Origin: Candidatus Eiseniibacteriota bacterium
GTDB lineage: Bacteria; Eisenbacteria; RBG-16-71-46
DNA: 64,000 nt
Direction: 5' to 3'
Assembly (NCBI GenBank): GCA_041483195.1
Contig: JBGPFC010000006.1
Span: 64,001-128,000 of the forward strand
The translations under genes and the position numbers were made by a program. Below the pieces are notes generated by a model, which made no database searches, was not told the DNA's origin, and saw only the letters and a list, made by a program, of their open reading frames with translations. The number at the start of each line of letters is the position of its first letter. Position 1 is the stretch's first letter. Shown here piece by piece: positions 56,581 through 64,000 of this stretch.

Positions 56581-57414
56581 TCAGGATGAGGACTTGAGCG
56601 TGATGTCCCCGTTCACGGTCTCGAGCTTCAGCGGCGATCCGCCCTTGCCGATGGTGCCGCTCACACGATGGCGCCCGATCTTTCCGCGCACCGTCAGGGG
56701 GAACGCGCTCTCGATCTCGCCATTCACGGACGACGCCCGGAGCTCCGCCCCGATGTCCGCGGGCAGCGAGAGCGTGATCTCGCCGTTCACGGTGGTGAAC
56801 TCCAGCGGCTCGGGCCAGGTGCCGGTGCCCAGCGACGCGTCGATCGAGCCGTTCACGGTGGTGGCCGTTCCGTACCCGGTGGTCGAGAAGTGGATCGAGC
56901 CGTTGACGCTCTCGGCCTTGATCGGGCCGCGCAGTCCGTCGGCGATGATGCCCCCGTTCACGGTGCGGCCGACGAAGCGGATCCCCGCGGGCACGCGCAC
57001 GGTGAAGTGGACCTCGACGTCGTTGTTGTGCGTGTGGGAAGACCCGCCGCCCCCGGGCTCGCAGGTGTTGCGATCGCCGCCCGCGTCGGGATACTTCGCG
57101 CACACCGTCACGCCGCCCTCGTGCTCGATGACCTCGATCTTCACCTCGTCGGGATCGCTGCGCCGGGCGCGCTTGACCGCGGTCACCTCGACCGTGTTGC
57201 CGGAAGCGAGCGTCGCGTCGATGTTGCCGTTCACGCCCTTGATCTCGATGGATTTCCCGCTCGCGAGCGTCCAGCTCGACTGGAAGTCCGGGGTCGCGGT
57301 GGACCCGGGGCGATCCGCCCGCCCCGCGCGGGCGGGAGGCGCGGCGAGCAGCAGCACGCAGCTCAGCACCAGCGCTGCGGAGGTGCGAATGCCAGACAGG
57401 TTCACGGTCCTCAT
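56581..57414 (-). CDS. DUF4097 family beta-strand repeat protein
   Basis: Signal peptide; repeated (T/S)VNG.I motifs; ATG overlaps the upstream stop. Confidence 0.85.
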   Translation of the reverse strand: MRTVNLSGIRTSAALVLSCVLLLAAPPARAGRADRPGSTATPDFQSSWTLASGKSIEIKGVNGNIDATLASGNTVEVTAVKRARRSDPDEVKIEVIEHEGGVTVCAKYPDAGGDRNTCEPGGGGSSHTHNNDVEVHFTVRVPAGIRFVGRTVNGGIIADGLRGPIKAESVNGSIHFSTTGYGTATTVNGSIDASLGTGTWPEPLEFTTVNGEITLSLPADIGAELRASSVNGEIESAFPLTVRGKIGRHRVSGTIGKGGSPLKLETVNGDITLKSSS

Positions 57415-58436
57415 GGCGTCTCCTCGTCGTCGTCGTCGTCGTGGTTCTTGTCCTTGTCCTTGCGGTCGTGCTTGTCGGACTTCGCATCGTGCTTGTGGTC
57501 GGCCTTCGAATCGGAGTCCGCGTCGTCGCGATCCTCGTCGGACGAGTTGAGCCCCGCTTCGCGCAGCCGGGCGATCTCGGGGTCGCCCGCCTTGAGCAGC
57601 CGGATCGACCCCTGGAAGGATTCGAGCTCCAGGGTCGCGCCCCCGGCGCCGCTGCCGAGGTTGAACTTGAAGCGCCGGCCGCGCTTCGCTTCGTTGAGCG
57701 TCACCGGAAAGCTCGAGTCGAAATCGCCGCTGTAGGTCTTGACCGACACCGCCGCGTTGGGAGCCGCGGGCAGCACCACCACGATGTCCCCGTCGTGCGT
57801 CGAGAACCGGTAGCGACCGGCTTCGCGGATGTCGCCAGCGCAGACGATGCTGCCATTCACGGTCGAGGCCTCCGCGTCGCCCGAGTGCAGGTGTTCGAGC
57901 CACACATCGCCGTTCACGGTCTCGACGCTCGCCTCGCCATCGTGATCGATGACCCGGACCCCGGCGTTGATCGAGCTCAGCTCGGCGTGGCCGCTCGACC
58001 TCTCGAGCACCACGTCGCCCTGCACCGACTGAAGCGAGATGAATCCCTTCCCGCCGGTCACGTGCACCTCGCCGCCCACGGTCTCCACCTTCACGTCGGC
58101 GCGCGTGCCTTCCACCTGCACGTCGGTGTCCACCCCTGAAATCTCCAAGGCCATCCAGACCGGGACGGTGATGGTGAAATCCACGGAGGTCGGCACCCCC
58201 ATCCGCCCGCTCGCCTTGACCGCCAGCTCCGACTCGTCCTCCTCGACCTCGATCCGGGTGCGGCTCGAATGCTCGGCCTCGATGCGCACCGCGTTGCGCG
58301 TCCAGGTGGCGACCGAGACGCTCCCACCGAAATCGTTCACCGCGAGCCGCGTGCCGGGGCTCACCGTCAGCGTGGTGTCGGTGTGGGTGCTCAGGGTGAG
58401 AATCGCGAAGGCCGTCGCTGCGATGGTCAGCGTCAT
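57411..58436 (-). CDS. DUF4097 family beta-strand repeat protein with acidic/His-Lys tail
   Basis: ETVGGEV, SVQGDV, ETVNGDV, STHDGDI, ESFQGSI repeats. Confidence 0.85.
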   Translation of the reverse strand: MTLTIAATAFAILTLSTHTDTTLTVSPGTRLAVNDFGGSVSVATWTRNAVRIEAEHSSRTRIEVEEDESELAVKASGRMGVPTSVDFTITVPVWMALEISGVDTDVQVEGTRADVKVETVGGEVHVTGGKGFISLQSVQGDVVLERSSGHAELSSINAGVRVIDHDGEASVETVNGDVWLEHLHSGDAEASTVNGSIVCAGDIREAGRYRFSTHDGDIVVVLPAAPNAAVSVKTYSGDFDSSFPVTLNEAKRGRRFKFNLGSGAGGATLELESFQGSIRLLKAGDPEIARLREAGLNSSDEDRDDADSDSKADHKHDAKSDKHDRKDKDKNHDDDDDEETP

Positions 58437-58449
58437 GCGGAGGGTCTCC

Positions 58450-59151
58450 TCAGCTCGGGAAGCTCGCGGTGGTCGCCAGGCGCAACAGGTCCACTTTACG
58501 GCGCATGGTGCTCGCGAGGTGGTTGTTCAGGTAGAGATCGGTCGGGTCGGCGGCGAGCGCGCGGCGCGCCTGCTCGATCGCGCGATCGATGATGGCCAGG
58601 TTTTGTTCGACGACGCGCACCGTCGTGGTGTCGAGCTGCCCGCGGCGTTCGTTCAGCGTGCGCTCAAGGTCGGCGATCGCGGCGTCGTAGCGGGCCACGC
58701 CGAAGTCGGCGACGACCGCCGGCGCCTCGGCTCCGGGTCGCGCGGCGGGCGGGGCGGACCGCGCGATCCCTCCGGATCCGCGAGCCGAGCCCGGCGCGGT
58801 GGGCAGGCCGCCGCGAAGCGTCATCCACACGGTCCCGGCCGAGAGCGCGATCAATGCCAGCGCGGCGGCCGCGAGCTGCGGAAAGGTGAACGTGAAGCGC
58901 CAGCCGGGCACGCGCCACGGAAAGCGCGCGGCGCCGCGATCCGCGATGCGCGCGGCGATGGCGGGCCACAGATCCTCGGGGGGCACCGGCGCATCGAGCG
59001 CGCGCGCCCGGCCGGCGACGGCGCGCAGGCCCTCGAGCGTCGTGGTGCATGCGGCGCAGCCCTGCAGGTGCGATTCGAGATCGCGCACCGTCGCGGGATC
59101 CAGCTCGCCGTCCACGTATTCGGAGAGACGCTCGCTCCAGCGGTCGGTCAT
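58450..59151 (-). CDS. Zinc-finger (HxxxCxxC) membrane anti-sigma factor
   Basis: LSEYVDGEL...HLQGCAAC; single TM; C-terminal helical domain. Confidence 0.88.
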   Translation of the reverse strand: MTDRWSERLSEYVDGELDPATVRDLESHLQGCAACTTTLEGLRAVAGRARALDAPVPPEDLWPAIAARIADRGAARFPWRVPGWRFTFTFPQLAAAALALIALSAGTVWMTLRGGLPTAPGSARGSGGIARSAPPAARPGAEAPAVVADFGVARYDAAIADLERTLNERRGQLDTTTVRVVEQNLAIIDRAIEQARRALAADPTDLYLNNHLASTMRRKVDLLRLATTASFPS

Positions 59152-59155
59152 GGCG

Positions 59156-59740
59156 CTACTCCTGCCTCGCGCCCAGATGGCCGCGCAGCATCATCCGCGC
59201 TCGATGGAGCTGGGCCTTGGTGGTGCCGGTCGTGACCTTCATGAACGATGCGATCTCCTCGTGCTTGTAGCCTTCCACGTCGTGCAGGACGAACACCGCG
59301 CGCGCGCCCTCCGGGAGCTTCCCGATCGCCCTCTCGAAATCCATCCCCAGGTCGCTCTGTCCGGGCCGCGCGGGGGCGGTCTCGATCGCGGCCGCGTCGT
59401 CGATGAACCGGCCGCGCCGCACCCCGAGCCATGCCCGCCGCGAGAGGATCAGATTCACCGCGAGCCGGTGCAACCATGTCGAGAACGCCGCCTCCCCTCG
59501 AAACGTCGCGAGCTTGCTCCAGGCCCGCACGAACACGTCCTGCGTGATCTCGGCCGCCTCGTCGCGACTCATCAGGCGCGTCGCAAGGCCGAACACGCGC
59601 CCCACGTGGCGCCGGTAGAGCCGCTCGAAGGCACGGTGGTCTCCGGCGACGGCTCGTGAGACGTCGTCGGCGTCCGCGCCCGCCGGAGGCGAAGCAGGAA
59701 CGTTTCCTGGACTCATCACCCCGGGGCCCGAGAGCTCCAT
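59156..59740 (-). CDS. ECF RNA polymerase sigma factor
   Basis: AFERLYRRH, ITQDVFVRAW, FSTWLHRLAVN, LP...VFVLHDVEGY.HEEIA, KAQLHRAR. Start 59740 or 59716. Confidence 0.92.
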   Translation of the reverse strand: MELSGPGVMSPGNVPASPPAGADADDVSRAVAGDHRAFERLYRRHVGRVFGLATRLMSRDEAAEITQDVFVRAWSKLATFRGEAAFSTWLHRLAVNLILSRRAWLGVRRGRFIDDAAAIETAPARPGQSDLGMDFERAIGKLPEGARAVFVLHDVEGYKHEEIASFMKVTTGTTKAQLHRARMMLRGHLGARQE

Positions 59741-59748
59741 GCGGGGGA

Positions 59749-59776
59749 TGAGACGGTGCGAAGGCTCAAATGGTTG
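59749..59776 (-). promoter_or_regulatory. ECF-type promoter (autoregulatory) for the sigma operon
   Basis: CAACC-ATTTGAGCCTTCGCAC(16)-CGTCTCA. Confidence 0.72.
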
Positions 59777-59825
59777 AAATCGAGGGCCATGGCACCCCGA
59801 GGCTACCCGCCGGACCGCGCCCGTC

Positions 59826-59853
59826 CAACCATTCCGCCCCGGAGCGTGTCTGA
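59826..59853 (+). promoter_or_regulatory. ECF-type promoter for the divergent DUF4097 gene
   Basis: CAACC-ATTCCGCCCCGGAGCG(16)-TGTCTGA. Confidence 0.72.
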
Positions 59854-59945
59854 GAATCGTACGGGCGCGCAACCCGACTGCACCCGCGGCCGTAAGGTGC
59901 CGGCAGGACCCACCGGGAACACCCGCTTCCACGAGGATACCCCTC

Positions 59946-61094
59946 ATGAAGACGCCCGAGCATTTCGCCCCGCTCCTTCCCCGCGCCCTCGCAGCTGGCG
60001 CGTTCGTTCTCGCCCTTCTGATCGGACTCTTCGCCATCGCGCTCGCGGCCGACGCGATGCTGCTCGCCATGGTGGCCACCGCCGCCGAGGGCCCGTCCGC
60101 GACCCCGGAACGCTACACGCTCGAGGGCGGCGATGTCGTCATCTACGACCTCGCCGGAAAGGTGCGGCTCGGGCCCGGCGATGGACATCAGGTCGTGGTG
60201 CTGGTTTCGCGCGGAGGACGCGACGCGAGCCAGATGCGCATCGTGACCGGGCCGCTCGCCGGCGCACAGACCCTGCGCGTCATGGTGCCAGGGACCCGGG
60301 TCGTCTACCCCGAGCTTGGATATGGCGGCTCGACCAACTTCCGCGTGCGGGGCGACGGCACCTTCGGCAACCGCGATACCAAGTTCTCGTTCGGCACCTA
60401 CCGCAACGTCACGATCGCGGGCTCCGGCTCCGGCACCGAGGCCTACGCCGATCTGCGCGTCGAGATCCCGCGGGGCCAGCACCTCACGCTCCATCTCGCG
60501 GCGGGGACCGCGGAGGCCACGAACGTCGATGGTCGCATCGAGCTGGACGCCGAGGCGGCCGACGTGTCGGCGAGCGGCGCGCGCGGCGATCTCGCGATCG
60601 ACACGGGCTCCGGCGCGATCGAAGTGACCGGCGCGGAGGCCAGGGTCACGCTCGACACCGGCTCCGGCGACATCCGCGTCTCGAAGATCCACGGCACCCT
60701 CAGCATGGACACCGGCTCCGGCCGGATCGAGGGATCCGGCATCGACGTGGACCACCTCAGCGCCGATACCGGCTCAGGCGACATCGAGCTTTCGGGCGTG
60801 ATCGCGCCGATCCTCGCCATCGACACCGGCAGCGGATCGGTGACGCTCGCGCTCGACGCGGACGTGAGCGAGGTCAGCGTGGACACCGGCTCCGGCAACA
60901 TCACGCTGCGACTGCCGGAGTCGCTGGGCGCGCGCCTCACGGCCGAGACGTCGAGCGGTGGGATCCGAAGCGAGATTCCATTGCAGCTGACGCGTCACGA
61001 CGGCGGCTCGTTCGAAGGCACGATCGGTGACGGGCGCGGGCGCATCGCGCTCGAGACCGGATCCGGGAGCGTGCGGCTGCTGGCTCAGAAGTAG
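59946..61094 (+). CDS. DUF4097 family beta-strand repeat protein
   Basis: N-terminal hydrophobic leader; DTGSG.I repeats at ~19-22 aa spacing. Confidence 0.85.
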   Translation: MKTPEHFAPLLPRALAAGAFVLALLIGLFAIALAADAMLLAMVATAAEGPSATPERYTLEGGDVVIYDLAGKVRLGPGDGHQVVVLVSRGGRDASQMRIVTGPLAGAQTLRVMVPGTRVVYPELGYGGSTNFRVRGDGTFGNRDTKFSFGTYRNVTIAGSGSGTEAYADLRVEIPRGQHLTLHLAAGTAEATNVDGRIELDAEAADVSASGARGDLAIDTGSGAIEVTGAEARVTLDTGSGDIRVSKIHGTLSMDTGSGRIEGSGIDVDHLSADTGSGDIELSGVIAPILAIDTGSGSVTLALDADVSEVSVDTGSGNITLRLPESLGARLTAETSSGGIRSEIPLQLTRHDGGSFEGTIGDGRGRIALETGSGSVRLLAQK

Positions 61095-61149
61095 CGCGGC
61101 GCTTCGATCGGCGCTCGGAGCGGATGCGCGGACCGGCCGGCGGCTGCTC

Positions 61150-61557
61150 TCACTCTCCGTGGCGATGCGGCGCGAATCCGGGGATGAGCCCGACCGGAGG
61201 CGGATCGTCGAACACCACGCGCCGCTCGTGCCGGCGCGATCGCCGATAGCTGTGGCCGGCGGGGTCGCGATCGATGAAGCCCTCGTCCACCAGCTCGCGG
61301 CGCAGCGAAGCTCGATCGATCTCGAGAAAACGTCCGGGCCCGAGCAGGAAGTCGGCGATCCGCGCATTCGCGTCGATCTCGCTCAAACGGTCGTCCGCCG
61401 CGAAGCGTTCCGCGATCGCGTGAAGCACGATCCAGCGATCGCGCTGGCGCCGCGGGAGGGTGCGCGTGAGTCCGCCGCGCGCGAGCAGCGCGCGAATGCG
61501 TCGCGCGTACTCGTCTCCGCCGATGCGCAGCGGCGCCGGCTCTCGCGGGGTCAACAT
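61150..61557 (-). CDS. DUF2087 domain protein
   Basis: [14 protein letters not shown]....SE..........[18 protein letters not shown]. Confidence 0.75.
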   Translation of the reverse strand: MLTPREPAPLRIGGDEYARRIRALLARGGLTRTLPRRQRDRWIVLHAIAERFAADDRLSEIDANARIADFLLGPGRFLEIDRASLRRELVDEGFIDRDPAGHSYRRSRRHERRVVFDDPPPVGLIPGFAPHRHGE

Positions 61558-64000
61558 TCCTCGGCCCTCGCGATGCGAGGCGGCGCGGCCCCCGCGACGC
61601 CGCCCGGCTGCGAGGCGCGCGCCCGCGCGAGATCCTCGATCAGTCCCACCGCGAGCGCGGTCCAGCCGGTCTGGTGGGAGGCGCCGAGCCCGCGCCCGCT
61701 GTCGCCGTCGAAGTACTCGTGGAACAGCACGAGGTCGCGCCAGGCGGGCTCGGCGGCGTGGCGCGCCTCGCCCAGGCTTATGCGGTGGCCCGTGGCATCT
61801 GGCAGGAACAGGCTCGAGATGCGCCGCGCCAGCTCGCCAGCGACCTCCGCGAGATTCATCAGCGTTCCGGAGCCGGTCGGACACTCCACCCGCAGCCGGT
61901 CGCCATAGAAGTGGTGGTAACGCTCGAGCGCCTCGATCAACAGGTAGTTGAGCGGGAGCCATACCGGGCCGCGCCAGTTCGAATTCCCGCCGAAGATCCC
62001 GCTGCGGGACTCGCCGGGCTCGTAGTCCACGCGGTACTCGACGCCGTCCGCCGCGAACACGAACGGGCGCTCGCGATGGACGCGCGACAACGAACGCACG
62101 CCACCCGGCGAGAGAAACTCGCTCTCGTCCAGGACGTAGCGCAGCACGCGCTCGAGGCGCTCGCGCGATGGGATCGCGAGCAGCCGGCGCGCGTGCCCGT
62201 CGTTCCGCTGCGTGTCCATGTATGCGATGTGGCGGGCGAGGTCGCCGCGATTCTCGAGGAACCACCTCAGGCGCTTCGAGAACCCCGGCAGCTTCGCGAT
62301 CACGGCCTCGTCGAGGTTCTCGACGGCGAACAGGGGGATGATCCCCACCATCGATCGGATCCGGAGCGGAATGCTGGCGCCGTCGACGTGGAGCTGGTCG
62401 TAGTAGAAACCGTCGGCGTCGTCCCACAGCCCGCACCCTCCGAGCGCGTTCATCGCGTCGGCGATCGCCACGAAGTGCTCGAAGAACTTGCTCGCGACAT
62501 CCTCGTAGGCCGGATCCTCGTCGGCCAACTCGAGCGCGATGGACAGCATCGTCGAGCAGTAGAATGCCATCCACGCGGTGCCGTCGGCCTGCTCGAGGTG
62601 GCCGCCGGTCGGGAGCGGCTTCGAGCGGTCGAACACGCCGATGTTGTCGAGGCCGAGGAAGCCGCCCGAGAACAGGTTGTTGTCCTCGAGATCCTTGCGA
62701 TTCACCCACCACGTGAAATTGATGAGGAGCTTCTGGAACACGCGCTCGAGGAACAGGCGGTCGCGCTTTCCGCGAGGGCCGGTCATCTTGTAGACGCGCC
62801 AGCAGGCCCACGCGTGGACCGGAGGATTCACGTCGGAGAGCGCCCACTCGTACGCTGGAATCTGCCCGTTGGGGTGCATGTACCACTCGCGCAGGAACAG
62901 CACGAGCTGATCCTTCGCGAAGGACGGATCGATCGCGGCGAACGGGATCATGTGAAAGGCCAGGTCCCACGCCGCGTACCACGGGTACTCCCACTTGTCC
63001 GGCATCGAGATCACGTCGCGATTGTGGAGGTGCGGCCAGCCGTGATTGCGCCCGAGGCGCCGCTCCGGCGGCGGCGGGGGCTGTGCCGGGTCCCCTTCGA
63101 GCCAGTCGCGCACCACGTAGTTGTAGTACTGCTTCGACCACAGGAGCCCGGCGTAGCCCTGGCGCACCACCGCGCGTTCCTCGGCGGTGGCCGCGCCCGG
63201 AAGGCGGGCGTCGAAGAATTCGTCGGCCTCCGCGCGGCGCCGCTCGAACAGCTCGTCGAAGCCGTGGCCCATGGCGGAGGCGACCGGCTCGCCCGCGGGT
63301 CCGAGCCGCAGCCGCACGCTGAAACGATCGCCGGCCGGGATCTCGACGTGGTAGTACGCGGCGGCGCGGGTGCCCACGCGCGCCGGGTTCACCGCCGCCG
63401 ACCGCCCGCGCACGACGTAGTCGTGAAACGCGTCCTTCGCGAACGGCGCGGCGTGCGGGTCGTCGAACAGGCGGCGGCCGTTGGTCTCGTTCTCGGTGAA
63501 GAGCAGCGCCGCCGGGCGCCCGAAGGGGCCGAGGCCCACCGCCAGCCGCAGCGCGCCGAGCGTCGCGTGCTCGGCGAGCAGCGCGTTCTCCGGTCCGCGC
63601 GAGATCCGCGGGCGCTGCCAGTAGCCCTCGCCGCTGCGACCCCAGCTCCAGGTGTTGCGAAACCAGAGCGTGGGCAGCAGGTGGATGTCCGCGGCTTCCG
63701 GGCCGCGGTTCTCGATCGTGATGCGGATCAGCACGTCGTCTGGCGAGGCCTTGGCGTACTCCGCGGTCACGTCGAAGTAGCGGTTGCCGTCGAACACGCC
63801 GGTGTCGGATAGCTCGAACTCGGGCGACGAGTTTCCGCGGGCGCGGTTCTCGTCGATGAGCCGCTGATACGGAAACTCCGCGTGCGGGTACTTGTAGAGC
63901 GCCTTCATGTAGGAGTGCGTCGGCGTCGAGTCCAGGTAGTAGTAGCACTCCTTCACGTCCTCGCCGTGATTCCCCTCCGGCCCGCTCAGACCGAACAGCC
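61551..64000 (-). CDS. MGH1-like glycoside hydrolase (GH63-like glucosidase), 5' end outside window
   Basis: [81 protein letters not shown]. Confidence 0.92.
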   Translation of the reverse strand, partial: LFGLSGPEGNHGEDVKECYYYLDSTPTHSYMKALYKYPHAEFPYQRLIDENRARGNSSPEFELSDTGVFDGNRYFDVTAEYAKASPDDVLIRITIENRGPEAADIHLLPTLWFRNTWSWGRSGEGYWQRPRISRGPENALLAEHATLGALRLAVGLGPFGRPAALLFTENETNGRRLFDDPHAAPFAKDAFHDYVVRGRSAAVNPARVGTRAAAYYHVEIPAGDRFSVRLRLGPAGEPVASAMGHGFDELFERRRAEADEFFDARLPGAATAEERAVVRQGYAGLLWSKQYYNYVVRDWLEGDPAQPPPPPERRLGRNHGWPHLHNRDVISMPDKWEYPWYAAWDLAFHMIPFAAIDPSFAKDQLVLFLREWYMHPNGQIPAYEWALSDVNPPVHAWACWRVYKMTGPRGKRDRLFLERVFQKLLINFTWWVNRKDLEDNNLFSGGFLGLDNIGVFDRSKPLPTGGHLEQADGTAWMAFYCSTMLSIALELADEDPAYEDVASKFFEHFVAIADAMNALGGCGLWDDADGFYYDQLHVDGASIPLRIRSMVGIIPLFAVENLDEAVIAKLPGFSKRLRWFLENRGDLARHIAYMDTQRNDGHARRLLAIPSRERLERVLRYVLDESEFLSPGGVRSLSRVHRERPFVFAADGVEYRVDYEPGESRSGIFGGNSNWRGPVWLPLNYLLIEALERYHHFYGDRLRVECPTGSGTLMNLAEVAGELARRISSLFLPDATGHRISLGEARHAAEPAWRDLVLFHEYFDGDSGRGLGASHQTGWTALAVGLIEDLARARASQPGGVAGAAPPRIARAEEC

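Noticed and set aside
1..64000. tRNA, rRNA, CRISPR arrays, prophage or integrase genes
   Set aside because: None recognised by inspection; intergenic gaps are short and lack such signatures.

Overview
Very GC-rich bacterial chromosomal window. Secreted proteins with FlgD-Ig/T9SS-like C-terminal domains and overall gene content suggest an FCB-group lineage such as Ca. Eisenbacteria (inference only). Most genes are on the minus strand. In order: (1) pyrB-pyrC-[TPR lipoprotein]-pyrK-pyrD-pyrF, with a sigma70 promoter and a PyrR-binding hairpin over the pyrB RBS; (2) an intact IS1202-family-like element with a 16-bp target duplication; (3) a ~15.4-kb operon of two paralogous ~1950-aa triple-FG-GAP-propeller proteins flanking an S8 protease; (4) adaA-ogt and pyrR; (5) a secreted metzincin; (6) a glycosyltransferase/asnB cluster; (7) phoH-7TM-HD-ybeY, TonB-C, DUF502-recO-glyQ-glyS; (8) a methylcrotonyl-CoA carboxylase/liu-like cluster; (9) an ECF sigma/anti-sigma/DUF4097 locus; (10) a GH63-like glucosidase. 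The best discovery is a gene the ORF track splits in two. At 36771-37355 (-), coupled to glyS, is a secreted triple-YHS protein with an in-frame UGA in a C-U-x-x-C motif, directly followed by a canonical-looking bacterial SECIS hairpin, i.e. a probable selenoprotein. Also notable are matching divergent ECF promoters and a structured leader upstream of phoH. All calls are from sequence reading and motif recognition; no searches were run.
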